Shown here one piece after another: positions 24,764 to 35,515 of a stretch of 50,504 bases of DNA; the first letter of the stretch is position 1, and each line of letters starts with the position of its first letter. The notes below the pieces were generated by a model that saw only the letters and a list, made by a program, of their open reading frames with translations, did not search any database and was not told the DNA's origin. Made by a program: the position numbers and the translations under genes. Source of the stretch: a virus. Its lineage: Duplodnaviria; Caudoviricetes. The stretch lies in IMG/VR virus record IMGVR_UViG_3300005526_000012, positions 1 through 50,504 of that record, one strand, 5' to 3'.

Positions 24764-26371
24764 TCATTGAGTATCCTTTTCATTTTTAAGTTGCGACCCA
24801 ATTATACGACCCGGAATTCCTAACTTGCTAACAGCAAGCTTTGCTGCTGCCTTCCACTGACGGGAAGCTTTATCGTCATCTTCATCTAAAGTATATTTGA
24901 CGCCTTTATAAATATGTGTAGGTAAGCCTATAAATATATCTTCGGCTGTACTAGCTAGTGGACCTTCTAAATATCCTCTCCCATAATTCCACATTCCAGC
25001 TCTAAAGAGAGATTGATATATTCCCATCCCACCAGCATGACCCAACGCATCAAAATATTCAGCAGTACCTTTTTTATCTCTAGCAAAAGGATCTTGCCCT
25101 TGTGCTCCTTGTTCGGCACTCTTTACTAATTCTCCTATCGCTGGAAACATAACCGATAATAATCCCAACGATTTAAGAGTTTGTCCCATACCACCTTCTT
25201 TAACAGAGTTCCATAAAACGTTACCTATAAATGATCCCTGTCTAAAGGCGTAATGTTTATATTGTGCCATTATCCTAGCAACACGAGATTCTTCCCATGC
25301 ATAAGGAGTAGCTAATTCTGAACGCAAAAAGATTGTACGATTGGCACCATTAAACATTGCGTTCTTAATATCTTCGGGCGTCAGATTGAAACCCTTTTCT
25401 CCTAACTCACTAATATTAATACCAAGTTTTTGTAACGTGTAACGCGCCCATTTATCCCCGCCATCAAACTTAAGCTTCTCTGCTGCTTCATTAGCAGCGT
25501 GCTTCGCAGTTAGTGCAGCTAAAGTAATTTCTTGGCGGCGCACCCAGTTAAAGCCTGGATGGTGAAATAGAGTACGTGCTATTCCGCCACCTTTGGCATC
25601 TTCTTGAGCTTGATAATTAAACTCGTCAAATAAAGCTCCACTATCAATAACATCTTTAAAAAATAACTCTGCCTTATTCCCATACTTAGCAACTGCTCCA
25701 CTATATTCAGACATAGCTTTTGCTGTGCTAGCAAAACTGTTATCCAATATAATATTCCCAACCTGTCCTACGTGTGGGATAGCTATTAATGGAGTATACA
25801 TCCAACCCATCATAGCTTTTAAATTCTTCTCCACTTCTTTAGGTGGAGTATAAGTACTATGTCCGGTAATCCCAACATCAGCTAAACTTAAAGGCTTACC
25901 TTTAACATTAGATCCTATTAGACCCTGAACTTTAGTCTTACGCCAATAAGCAGCACCATCATGAAAATAAATATTCATAGCATCTGCTAAATTATTAGCA
26001 CGAGCTAAACCTTCCTTCTTTCTAACAGTATCTACAAATTTAATAATTCCTTCATCATTCTTTCCGAGATATGCTTTTCGCGTATCATGAAATGCTTGCA
26101 GTCCGGCATCTTTATAGGCTATATGCTTAGGAACTCCGTTCTTAATTTTAAATTCAGCATTAGCTTGGGCGCTTCGTTTTACTTCCGGTTCAAAAGTTTT
26201 CTCTAAAAAATCTGCCATAACTTTACCAGTTTCAGATTTATTTAGTACAGCCTTCATACTTCTAACCCAGTTCTGTGCTCCTTCTTCTTTGGTTATAGAT
26301 TTGAATCCCTTAATCAAATCTTCCCCTGCCATCTCAGCAGCGTCTTTTGCTAAAGTTCCGAAGCCACCCAT
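24764..26371 (-). CDS. Probable internal virion/ejection protein
   Basis: Helical Ala/Gly-rich protein at the end of the podovirus ejection cluster. Confidence 0.6.
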   Translation of the reverse strand: MGGFGTLAKDAAEMAGEDLIKGFKSITKEEGAQNWVRSMKAVLNKSETGKVMADFLEKTFEPEVKRSAQANAEFKIKNGVPKHIAYKDAGLQAFHDTRKAYLGKNDEGIIKFVDTVRKKEGLARANNLADAMNIYFHDGAAYWRKTKVQGLIGSNVKGKPLSLADVGITGHSTYTPPKEVEKNLKAMMGWMYTPLIAIPHVGQVGNIILDNSFASTAKAMSEYSGAVAKYGNKAELFFKDVIDSGALFDEFNYQAQEDAKGGGIARTLFHHPGFNWVRRQEITLAALTAKHAANEAAEKLKFDGGDKWARYTLQKLGINISELGEKGFNLTPEDIKNAMFNGANRTIFLRSELATPYAWEESRVARIMAQYKHYAFRQGSFIGNVLWNSVKEGGMGQTLKSLGLLSVMFPAIGELVKSAEQGAQGQDPFARDKKGTAEYFDALGHAGGMGIYQSLFRAGMWNYGRGYLEGPLASTAEDIFIGLPTHIYKGVKYTLDEDDDKASRQWKAAAKLAVSKLGIPGRIIGSQLKNEKDTQ

Positions 26372-28695
26372 TATTCTGTACCATGCCCTTCTAGCCTAAG
26401 TTCTGGTCCTTTTTTCGGAGGCTTAATTCTATTCTTTATAATGTTTTCAACTTCTTCATCTTTGAATCTAACAATTTGATTTGTTGTATAGCCAAGCTGC
26501 CTAAGATAATTCTCTGCGAAAGTTTTAAGCTGTCCCGAAGCTTCTCTAACACTAGAACCACTAGCACCTTTAGGTGGTACAGCGGGCTTACCCAAACTAA
26601 CATTAACAGCTTGTAAGCGTTGTTCTGCTGATAAATCTTCAAACTTCTTACCGGGAAATAACTTTTCAACCGCACCTTTTAAATCTTGTTTATGTGTAGA
26701 AGAAGTTCTTTCTGTTTCCTTTTTCAGTTTTTCAGTTTGTTCTTTTGCTAATCTTTCTTCTTCTTCAACCGGACGTTGAGAAACTAACTTATCAGTTTGT
26801 TTCGCTAGTTCGTCTGCTGCTTGAGCTTTCTTTAGTAGCTCCTGCTCATGTGCAAATGGGCTTTGGCCGGGTAAAGAGTGCTGGCGCCAGTAACGAAATA
26901 CTTCGTTATCATTTTTAATTCCAGCTTTGCTGGCGTTCTCAATATCTCCCCATACCTTATCCGAAGCCTTTATCAAATTAGGCAAACGCCCTTCATCTCC
27001 AGGGAACATAGTTTGAAGATGTTTAACTAAGTGATCGAACTCTCGGTTTCGGGCTTTAGATGGACCTAATTGTTTCTGTTCTGTCATTAGAACATTAAGA
27101 TAGAAAAGAAACTTATGTCGCCGATCTTCAAACTGTATCTTATCTGGACCAAGCTTAACTTTAGTTAACTGTTCATCTATTCGCTTAGTCATGTTGCTTT
27201 CAAACTCTAAGCTCTTAGCTCGTGCAGCGCCGGGAGCTACTGTTCCACTTCCAGCTTTAGGCTGTCCCTGACGAGTAATAGATTCAACACGAGATTCACC
27301 TTCTAATTGTTTAGCCGCCCATTGTGCAGGATTATTAACTATAGCTTGATTAGCTTCTTTACGCGCAACACTATCTGCAATAGTCTGATGCGTAGCATCA
27401 CCACTAATTTTCTCTAGTGATGTTAACAGTTTATTAAACTCAGGTAACGCCTCTCTCTGCCTAACTAAATCTTGCGCGCTTACAACTCCAGTTGCTGTTT
27501 TATCTAGCAGGCCAATATTCTGAGCAAGCTCTGGAGATTTGCTAGCAAGCTTATTTAAGACTTCAACTTGAGCATCTTTAGATAGCTTTCCAAAATTACC
27601 CTGCGTCATCTCCATCGCTGCTTTATAAACAGAAGCCGTCATCTTCTGCTTAGGGCTTCCACCCATAGCAACGCTAAATGGTGAAACGGCAGTTTCTGCT
27701 GCACCGCCAGCAGCTTTAACACCAGTGTCTGCTAAGACGGAGCTTATAAGTTTTCCGCCGCCCCATACAAACATCTTCCCAAATAATCTTGCAGCTTCTC
27801 CAAAACCAATAAATCCTAACGCACTCGCCTCTGGATCATCACCAGTGGCTTTGCCAATAAGATAGCCTTTAGCTCCATTATATACGGAACGTGAAGCTAA
27901 TCCTTTAATACCAGTTGCTTCTTTAATATTTAGAAGTGAATCTAATCCTAATCCTTCATCCAATATTCCATCCGTAGCCATGAATACCGGAGTCTGAGCT
28001 ACAACCTTACCAGTAATATGAAGGGCTTTATCCTTCATAGTATCCTGATAATAATTCTCTCCAGCATACTTAGAAGCTTTATAAAGTTCATCCAGCTTCA
28101 TGCCGCTAAGTTGCGATAGCACGGGAACGTTAGGATTAGAATGACTGACCTCATAATGTTCCGGCGTCATTATAATTGGACCCATATGAGGACGGAGTTC
28201 GGCGTTTAAAAGTGCAACTCCTAAACCAGATTGCTCTTTTAAATTTTGAAACTTCTGTCTCGCAGAGTCATACATATCTCTGCCAGCTTTAGCTACATCA
28301 GTAACTCCCTCTGCAACGCTTAAAGCTACCTTATGTGAAGTATCTAGATAGTATTTAGAGAAGTCAGAATCTGGCTTCTGTTGCATCTGAAAGACGGTTC
28401 CCCGTCCATTCAGCCATTCTTTTAAATCCATCGAAGGAGAGCGTGGCTTTACATATCTATTAAAGAATAATGTTTCTAACGCTACCTTCTTTTTAGGATC
28501 GGCATCCTTATACATATCCGATCCTTCTAACATCCGAAGACTATTCTTCCAATCGTTATTACTTCCCGCGCTATCCCGACTTTCGGGCGCACGTACTAGT
28601 GCCGTAAAATTATCAATCAAGTGAGAGAAGAATCCCTCTTGATTATTGTTCGTCGTCGTTGTCGCTGGCGTCGTCGTCTGCTGATTTTGAGGCAT
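26371..28695 (-). CDS. Probable internal virion/ejection protein
   Basis: 774 aa helical protein; position. Confidence 0.6.
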   Translation of the reverse strand: MPQNQQTTTPATTTTNNNQEGFFSHLIDNFTALVRAPESRDSAGSNNDWKNSLRMLEGSDMYKDADPKKKVALETLFFNRYVKPRSPSMDLKEWLNGRGTVFQMQQKPDSDFSKYYLDTSHKVALSVAEGVTDVAKAGRDMYDSARQKFQNLKEQSGLGVALLNAELRPHMGPIIMTPEHYEVSHSNPNVPVLSQLSGMKLDELYKASKYAGENYYQDTMKDKALHITGKVVAQTPVFMATDGILDEGLGLDSLLNIKEATGIKGLASRSVYNGAKGYLIGKATGDDPEASALGFIGFGEAARLFGKMFVWGGGKLISSVLADTGVKAAGGAAETAVSPFSVAMGGSPKQKMTASVYKAAMEMTQGNFGKLSKDAQVEVLNKLASKSPELAQNIGLLDKTATGVVSAQDLVRQREALPEFNKLLTSLEKISGDATHQTIADSVARKEANQAIVNNPAQWAAKQLEGESRVESITRQGQPKAGSGTVAPGAARAKSLEFESNMTKRIDEQLTKVKLGPDKIQFEDRRHKFLFYLNVLMTEQKQLGPSKARNREFDHLVKHLQTMFPGDEGRLPNLIKASDKVWGDIENASKAGIKNDNEVFRYWRQHSLPGQSPFAHEQELLKKAQAADELAKQTDKLVSQRPVEEEERLAKEQTEKLKKETERTSSTHKQDLKGAVEKLFPGKKFEDLSAEQRLQAVNVSLGKPAVPPKGASGSSVREASGQLKTFAENYLRQLGYTTNQIVRFKDEEVENIIKNRIKPPKKGPELRLEGHGTE

Positions 28696-29968
28696 CTTTA
28701 AATAGCTCCAAAGCTTGTGTATAGTCGTCTTGACTTAAGCCGGGGATACTATCCGCAGCACCAAGATCAATTCCCATCTTAGCTGCGGCAGCATTGGAAA
28801 TAACTTTCTCGCTATTTTGCAAAGCATCCAATTGCTGTTGCAAGCCTTTAAGCGTAGTAACGTCTTTAGCAGCTTTAGCTGATGCTATTTTTTCTTTAAT
28901 AACTTTAGTTTGTGCTTCTAAAGCTTTGATAGCATTTCCAACCGCTTTATCACCACCTGAACCACTAGCAGCATATCTTTTTTTAAGTTCATCAACTCTA
29001 TCTTGTACACCTTGAAGTTGCTTATCTGCTCTATACTTCCAAGCATCAGCCATTATTTCTGTACGTTCTTTTGCTCCGGCTATTTGAAATAGCACTTTAA
29101 CAATAGAAGCGGCATTTCTTCTGTCCGAAGTTTCTGCTAGCATCTTAGCTAGATCTTTTTTATTTTCTCTATCTAATCCATGCTGCAAAGCATTATTAGC
29201 TATCTTTTGTAAGTTAGCACTAAACGTTAACTGCTCACCAGCTTTAGGCAGAACGCCACTTTTAGTAAGCTGTTCTATAATCGCGGTACGTGGATCAGCT
29301 TGAATAGTCTGTGGCATTTGCCGCATCATAGCTTGAGCTTGTGGAGCTAAAGCTGTTTTGCCAGATTGAAAATCTTGTGTATCTTTAGCAAACGCTGCTT
29401 TAAGTGCGTCATGCGCTGGATTAGGTTTCTCCTTCTTTTTATCTTCTGCCATCGGATTCATATTCACGTCAAAAGCTTTAGCTAGTTCTTTTGACTTTTT
29501 AGGGTCCATAACAATCGAGTTGATAACGTCAGCATTATGCTTCATCATCTCCTGATTGCCGGTACTCTGGGCTTCATTATAACCCTTCATGGCAGTTGAT
29601 AAAGTTTCAAAATCATGTTGTAGCTTCTGAACCTTCATCTGATAATGCTTATCTTCGGCTTTATCAATAACGTTTTTAACTGCGCCAAAGAGAGCTTTTT
29701 TATCATTGCGCTGTCGTTCTCCAACGCTACTAAATGGTCCCGTAGGAATACCACCACCAGGCATTTGTGTTGGTGGAAGCGGGACGTTAGGTTTAGCTGG
29801 CTCTGGTCCGGTAGTAAGTCCAGCATTAGGACCAAGCCTAGATTGTATAAGCGCCTGCACAAGTTGCATGGCGTGCTGGTGTTGGGCATCCTGATTAGGA
29901 AGCGTAGCTGTAGCACCTTGTTCTAAAATATCTGGCCCTTGTCCCGGTACTAACGTACCTTCATTCAT
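28643..29968 (-). CDS. Probable DNA ejection protein
   Basis: Q/A/K-rich coiled coil; position. Confidence 0.6.
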   Translation of the reverse strand: MNEGTLVPGQGPDILEQGATATLPNQDAQHQHAMQLVQALIQSRLGPNAGLTTGPEPAKPNVPLPPTQMPGGGIPTGPFSSVGERQRNDKKALFGAVKNVIDKAEDKHYQMKVQKLQHDFETLSTAMKGYNEAQSTGNQEMMKHNADVINSIVMDPKKSKELAKAFDVNMNPMAEDKKKEKPNPAHDALKAAFAKDTQDFQSGKTALAPQAQAMMRQMPQTIQADPRTAIIEQLTKSGVLPKAGEQLTFSANLQKIANNALQHGLDRENKKDLAKMLAETSDRRNAASIVKVLFQIAGAKERTEIMADAWKYRADKQLQGVQDRVDELKKRYAASGSGGDKAVGNAIKALEAQTKVIKEKIASAKAAKDVTTLKGLQQQLDALQNSEKVISNAAAAKMGIDLGAADSIPGLSQDDYTQALELFKDASKSADDDASDNDDEQ

Positions 29969-29980
29969 AACTAAGCTCCT

Positions 29981-30985
29981 TTAAAAAGGAAATCCAACAC
30001 TTTGATCGCCGGTAGGAAATCCTAACATTTCACCACTACCGCCACCACTACCACCATAAGGATCCCATACACGTCCACCGCTATTTTGCATAGAGGCTAT
30101 AATCTGAGCAATAGCATCATTATTAGCCGCTGCTCCACCACCTCCGCCGCCGGGACTTAATCCAGTAAGATCAACTGAATTATTCTTTCCCATTATAGCA
30201 TTGAGTGCTTGTGTAATACCACTAGCATCACCACTACCGGGCATAGGCATCATACCGCCGCCACCTTTACCACCGCCCAATATCTTACTAGCTCCAGCAC
30301 CAATCAAAGTATTACCACCTAATCCACCCGTAAATGCATCTACCGCAGCTCCACCAAACATCTCTAATCCACCAACAACATCATTCATCCAGCTACCTTC
30401 ATTAGCACGCTCATTCTGGATAGATGGTAGAACATTCTCTAGCAGTCCCAACTGTTCATGTTGAGCATTCTCAAATAACGAAGCTAGAGTTTGTTGTTGA
30501 TTTAGCTGAACCTGAGATTCAAAATCTCCCATTCCTAAAGCGGCTGCGGAGCTAAAGCGCGCTCCAGCATCAGCGAAGCTAGATTGTATTCCAGCCTCTC
30601 CTCTTGCTATTCCAGGAGCTTGAGCATTTAGAAAAGCTGCTGCAACTTGGGGATTAAATAATCCCTGTGTTATCATATTGCCCAATAACTGCCCCGGCCC
30701 TTTACCATAAGCTTTGCCGAGATAATTATAAAGGTTCTGAGTACGACCGGGATCGTTAGTACTAAAGCCAGAATTTAATCCTGCTAGTCCGGCTCCCGTA
30801 CCATAAGCTCCAATATTATAAGCTGGTCCAGTTTGACCATAAGCTGACATTGTTGGAAATGGGAGATTACTTCCCGGCGTCTTACTAAAATTTAGAAAGC
30901 CAGTATTCGCACCAGTAGGATTACCATATCCGCCGGGAACAGGTAAAGGGGCGTTGTTCGATGTAGGAAACGGCATTGTAGACAT
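29981..30985 (-). CDS. Probable pilot/ejection protein
   Basis: Gly-rich, AGARFSS motif, glycine-zipper-like segment. Confidence 0.6.
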   Translation of the reverse strand: MSTMPFPTSNNAPLPVPGGYGNPTGANTGFLNFSKTPGSNLPFPTMSAYGQTGPAYNIGAYGTGAGLAGLNSGFSTNDPGRTQNLYNYLGKAYGKGPGQLLGNMITQGLFNPQVAAAFLNAQAPGIARGEAGIQSSFADAGARFSSAAALGMGDFESQVQLNQQQTLASLFENAQHEQLGLLENVLPSIQNERANEGSWMNDVVGGLEMFGGAAVDAFTGGLGGNTLIGAGASKILGGGKGGGGMMPMPGSGDASGITQALNAIMGKNNSVDLTGLSPGGGGGGAAANNDAIAQIIASMQNSGGRVWDPYGGSGGGSGEMLGFPTGDQSVGFPF

Positions 30986-31728
30986 TAATATCTCCTTACG
31001 CGGAGCTTCATCTGACGCTCGTTATAATCTGACTGGCGTTGTTGCTGTGTCATACGTTCTACAATCAAACCCGGCATCTTCTTAGTAGGGCTTCCATAAA
31101 TCTTCTGATGGAATAAAACTCCCACATCCAACATCCCAATATCATCACAAGCCTTTTCAGCCGCAGCATATTCTACGATATCCTGCCAATCATCCGGCAT
31201 ATAAATCTTCTGACTTCCTAAAACTTGAGCACCTTTAGGACTATTCTCATCTACTTCAGGAAATGGATGCTGCCGTTGATAACGCATATATGTAGCATAA
31301 GCTTGATCTGGATTATAGCCTACAAGTAAGTTACCCTGATTAGCTTGTTCCCCCACTTGTGAATATACCGAAGGTAGTCCGGGTATAACTGTAAGTGGAT
31401 CTACAACCCTAGGCTGACGATACTTCATTATCTTACCCGTAGGGTTAGCAGAGCTATTACTATTAGTTGCACTAGTACTAAAGTAAACAAACCAACTCAC
31501 AACAAACGTAGCATAACCATGTCCCGGTGTGATAAAGAAATCCCTTGGATATTCAGCTTGTCCTTGGACAAAGTTAATCGTCGGTCCAGTATGACGGAGT
31601 TCTTCAAACTCATAATTCTGTGTAATATCTATGATCGCTTTTTTAGCGTAAATAGGGATGACCTCATCAAGATCATCCCTTTGACGGAGCTTACGTCTAA
31701 CACCCGGAATTAAGTCTTTAATGAACAT
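30985..31728 (-). CDS. Head-tail adaptor-like protein
   Basis: GQAEYP, PDQAY, MPDDWQDIVEYAA pattern; position. Confidence 0.6.
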   Translation of the reverse strand: MFIKDLIPGVRRKLRQRDDLDEVIPIYAKKAIIDITQNYEFEELRHTGPTINFVQGQAEYPRDFFITPGHGYATFVVSWFVYFSTSATNSNSSANPTGKIMKYRQPRVVDPLTVIPGLPSVYSQVGEQANQGNLLVGYNPDQAYATYMRYQRQHPFPEVDENSPKGAQVLGSQKIYMPDDWQDIVEYAAAEKACDDIGMLDVGVLFHQKIYGSPTKKMPGLIVERMTQQQRQSDYNERQMKLRVRRY

Positions 31729-31730
31729 TA

Positions 31731-32132
31731 TTAGTCACCAAGGAACAATTCGTAAAGTGCGTTAGCTCCACTAGCATTTAGCACCAGTCCAGTGATTCCT
31801 GCACTTGGGGCAACGTTAGTATTAACCTGCCAGATTAGAAAAACTTCCCCCGGTCCAAGAGCGGGGCTGGATGCTTGACTTCCACCCGTTGGAGTAAATT
31901 TAACAACAATAAACAAAGAAGGATCGTTATTTTTTACGTAGACTTGGAACGCCTTCCCGTTCGGAATATCAATCGTATTATCACCAGAAGCCAATTTTGG
32001 AAATTGTTGTAACACTGCCGAGTTAGCATCGAAGGCTAAATTCCCCAAACCTCTGTTAATAGGAACATTACCAGTACTATCTTCGGTAGAAGTAATGGTA
32101 GCTGTTAAGGTGTTAGTAATGTTATCTGCCAT
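31731..32132 (-). CDS. Virion structural protein (beta-rich)
   Basis: Composition and position. Confidence 0.6.
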   Translation of the reverse strand: MADNITNTLTATITSTEDSTGNVPINRGLGNLAFDANSAVLQQFPKLASGDNTIDIPNGKAFQVYVKNNDPSLFIVVKFTPTGGSQASSPALGPGEVFLIWQVNTNVAPSAGITGLVLNASGANALYELFLGD

Positions 32133-32144
32133 AGCTTAAGCTCC

Positions 32145-32519
32145 TTAAAAGATGAAGAACGTTGCACTTACATTAGCTACATTACATTTTAAAAATATTT
32201 GCGTGTCCGTCCATGCTGTTCCACTAGCATAAAAGCTGCCAGCTTTATTCTGTTTGATAACATGTTGTCCAATCGGAATCCTATTTAAATTGTGCGTAAG
32301 CACAAACTGTGTATCAGCAGCTCCAGTATCAGATGTAGTAGCAAAAGCTCCATCTATATTATCGGTGCTTAATCCCGTAGCTAGATCACTACTCTGACGC
32401 CCATAACTTATGTTTCCACGCAAAGCCTTATAAATATCCTTTAAGACTTTAACATGATCCATAAGTATATGCTTAGGTTCAGCATCTAACTTCTGAATAG
32501 ATGGTCGTCGTATCTTCAT
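32145..32519 (-). CDS. Tail-associated protein
   Basis: THNLNRIP motif; TAATG-coupled start at 32519 preferred over 32573. Confidence 0.6.
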   Translation of the reverse strand: MKIRRPSIQKLDAEPKHILMDHVKVLKDIYKALRGNISYGRQSSDLATGLSTDNIDGAFATTSDTGAADTQFVLTHNLNRIPIGQHVIKQNKAGSFYASGTAWTDTQIFLKCNVANVSATFFIF

Positions 32520-33148
32520 TAAATCTGATCCTTCTGATCCGCGTGTCCACACATAAGCATCCGAGTAATACACAAAGGCCCAGAACCCGGATTCCGAGAT
32601 ATAAATAATTGCGGACGTTCTCCATCAATCATTAAACTAACTTTCTTCGTATGTAGCTTACCATCGGGAAAATCTTTAATAAGCCTAAACTTTTTATCCA
32701 CTATATTAGGAGGTCCAATTTTTACCCTTGCTGTGACCGTCTTAAAATAATCTTTATTCTCTATGTAAGCTTGAACACCTACAGTAAAGATAGCTGCTCC
32801 AATCTCACGATAAGTAATAACAACTTTATGTACCGAAACCTGTCTATTAACCATCACATCTTCAGCTTTAAACGTATAGAAGCAAGCTTCTTCGGTATCG
32901 TTATTGTTCGGATCAATAAAAGCGAGATATGTTTTTCCAAACGTTAAATCCGTTAAAGGCATCAATAGTTGGAAATTGGTTCCGTTTAATCCGCCCGTCG
33001 AAGTTAGTAATCCGGGTGATCCTTTAATCGTAGATTTACCAACTGGCGGCTTATATGGTCCTACTGGACCTTCTCCCCCACCGCTATCAATAGGACGGAG
33101 TTCAAGCTTCAGCTTGGCTAAACATTTTAATGGATTAAGTTCTCTCAT
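32519..33148 (-). CDS. Tail protein, possibly the C-terminal part of a nozzle
   Basis: Beta-rich; starts 1 nt after the nozzle gene stop. Confidence 0.5.
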   Translation of the reverse strand: MRELNPLKCLAKLKLELRPIDSGGGEGPVGPYKPPVGKSTIKGSPGLLTSTGGLNGTNFQLLMPLTDLTFGKTYLAFIDPNNNDTEEACFYTFKAEDVMVNRQVSVHKVVITYREIGAAIFTVGVQAYIENKDYFKTVTARVKIGPPNIVDKKFRLIKDFPDGKLHTKKVSLMIDGERPQLFISRNPGSGPLCITRMLMCGHADQKDQI

Positions 33149-33149
33149 A

Positions 33150-34517
33150 TTATCTCGTTGCTACAAAGTTAGCTCTTGCTGTAACGGTTACGTTACGCTT
33201 AACCCATGAAACCCAAGAATCTTCTTCTACTGAATACATCCAAAACTGTGTATCATTCCCTATCGGGATAGCTAGCAAGTAAACTAAATAAGCATAGTTA
33301 TTAGCCCAAAGGGGAAACATCGTACTCATGGGAGTAGAAGTAGCCATGCTTAGACTATTTAAGATCGAGTCTCTTGCGACCCCTCCCACGTTTTTAAAGC
33401 CGCCAACACTAATATTATAAACATCATCAGCACTAATAAACATGCCAATAGGTCCGTATCCAGAGATTGAGAAAGAAAACACGTTCCCAATACCACGCTC
33501 AGAAGCCCAAAGATGATTAAAATCAAAAGGTAAAATACCATCGCTTACTGCCGTCATCTCCGAAATACCATTCTGCCTGAATACAAATCCCGTCTTATCA
33601 CCAATGGCGAGATATCCAGTAATGAAATCCGGTACTTCTAAAAAGTCATTATATCCTGCACCGATATTAACATTCGGGTCCCAAATAGAAGGTAATCCTG
33701 ATGGACACCATCTTACACGTTGTAGAAAATTCTGTGCTCCACCTGTAGCAGTTCCTTCTACAGTTGAGAACATTAACATCCGTGAAGCTAGAATACCTAG
33801 AAAAAATCCACCAGAGGTAATCCCATTTGCCACATCAACAACGGCTGTCCCGTAGAAACCGTTTGATGGGGCTGGCGCTCCATTACATACCCAAATTGCA
33901 GCTTGTGAAGCAGCGGTATCTGTTGTATGGGTGCCGGGTGTTGTAGCCCACACTGGAGCAGTAGCTCCGGTAAATCCTGCTTGGATGACGACTTGTACAT
34001 TACCATTAGAATCTATAATCCTAAAGTTGTTAAATACTCGTTGATTCTTAACCCACGGTACAGGCGTACCAACGGACGTTATACCATCCCACGCCCATAG
34101 ATTGTTAGCACCGTTGGTCCAATAAAACTTATTAAGAAATATCTGACTCGCTACAGGTATATCCGGCCCCGGTTGTACTGGAAATACACCAACTAAATTC
34201 CAAGCTTTTTTAGGATTCTTTATGTAGTTAGGATTAAGTTGCCATAATCCTCTCCTACTAACCATCACCGTATGGGCAACGTTGTTGCCGTCAGTAAAGG
34301 TATCTACTACGTTAATCGGATAGTTATCTGGTGTTCCCAGAATACCAACACTCATCTTAGGACGTGTACGCAATTCACTCTGTTTAAGAATGAAGTTACT
34401 CATCCCAGGAGTATAATCTTCAGGGATCATATTTTCGGGCAGCTTATCGTGAACGCCCCGGTATGGTCCCTGAAAGGCTACTTCAAAATATCCGGATTCT
34501 GTTATTTGTGCAGGCAT
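33150..34517 (-). CDS. Tail nozzle/stabilisation protein (P22 gp10/T7 gp12-like beta-propeller)
   Basis: RVRWC...PSIWD, FVFRQNGI, GIG, FISADDVY blades. Confidence 0.65.
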   Translation of the reverse strand: MPAQITESGYFEVAFQGPYRGVHDKLPENMIPEDYTPGMSNFILKQSELRTRPKMSVGILGTPDNYPINVVDTFTDGNNVAHTVMVSRRGLWQLNPNYIKNPKKAWNLVGVFPVQPGPDIPVASQIFLNKFYWTNGANNLWAWDGITSVGTPVPWVKNQRVFNNFRIIDSNGNVQVVIQAGFTGATAPVWATTPGTHTTDTAASQAAIWVCNGAPAPSNGFYGTAVVDVANGITSGGFFLGILASRMLMFSTVEGTATGGAQNFLQRVRWCPSGLPSIWDPNVNIGAGYNDFLEVPDFITGYLAIGDKTGFVFRQNGISEMTAVSDGILPFDFNHLWASERGIGNVFSFSISGYGPIGMFISADDVYNISVGGFKNVGGVARDSILNSLSMATSTPMSTMFPLWANNYAYLVYLLAIPIGNDTQFWMYSVEEDSWVSWVKRNVTVTARANFVATR

Positions 34518-34518
34518 A

Positions 34519-35493
34519 TTATTGTAATGTTAGTGTCATGTATTGAATTGTAAACTGAGCCGAATTGTTTGTATTCTTGTTATCTGCTATTACTGCCATA
34601 TGTACGAGAGTAGATTGAGGAGGTAAAGTCGTTACTTGTCCTACCGTTCCTGCTGGTTGTCCACTTATATTAAAATCTACACCAGTAGTATGGTAAGACA
34701 TTTCAAACAAAAGTGTGTCAGTAGTACCAGCAGTAGTACCTGTATCAGAACACTCCTGATTTACACTATCTACCCCAACACAAGCTTGCCAAGTTGTATC
34801 TGTACCTGCTGAATATCTAAAGCCTATAAACTTCTGATTCGGAGTATCTGTAGAAAATCCAGTAGTTCCTGAAATCGTATCAGCAAGTATAATCCAATAT
34901 CTTACATTGGCAATGGTATTTAGTTTCAGTCTAACTGAATAACGATAAGTAGATCCTAACGAAAATCTCCCTGTTCCTGCCGCAGTTTGTGTATAAATAG
35001 TTGCTGCGGTTGCAGAAGTGCTTGCCGTTGATGAACCAGTAAATTTTAAGCCAAATCCTTCTGTAGCTGTAGGTGAAATATTACTTGGCGTACCAATAGT
35101 GTTTAGTGTAGTATTAGCTCCAGTACTTACAAAAGCAGCACTCCCACCATTAGAACCTTCTACCGCAAAAGCTACTTGTCGTGCAAAAGCAGAAACCGGA
35201 GTATATTTACTATTAAAACTATTTTGACCGAATCTCGGAACATCTCCCGGTTCAGCTTGTATTGTGGCAGCATACGGAAAAGAAGCTTCAAAATTAATAT
35301 TTCCCGGTGTAGGACTAGTTATAACCATAGTTTCTTGTTGACTACCATAGCTATATCTTCCTGCAACTTGTTGTACAGGAGTACCATCTATTGCAAGAAA
35401 ACTATATGGATATGATATCCCCCCTTGCCCAATTAGAAAAAGGGGAATAAATACCATGATACAAATGATAAACAACTTGTTATGCTTTGGCAT
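34519..35493 (-). CDS. Beta-rich tail-module protein with signal-peptide-like N-terminus
   Basis: MPKHNKLFIICIMVFIPLFLIG; lectin-like C-terminus. Confidence 0.65.
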   Translation of the reverse strand: MPKHNKLFIICIMVFIPLFLIGQGGISYPYSFLAIDGTPVQQVAGRYSYGSQQETMVITSPTPGNINFEASFPYAATIQAEPGDVPRFGQNSFNSKYTPVSAFARQVAFAVEGSNGGSAAFVSTGANTTLNTIGTPSNISPTATEGFGLKFTGSSTASTSATAATIYTQTAAGTGRFSLGSTYRYSVRLKLNTIANVRYWIILADTISGTTGFSTDTPNQKFIGFRYSAGTDTTWQACVGVDSVNQECSDTGTTAGTTDTLLFEMSYHTTGVDFNISGQPAGTVGQVTTLPPQSTLVHMAVIADNKNTNNSAQFTIQYMTLTLQ

Positions 35494-35515
35494 TATGTCT
35501 CTCCTCAGTTTCTAA

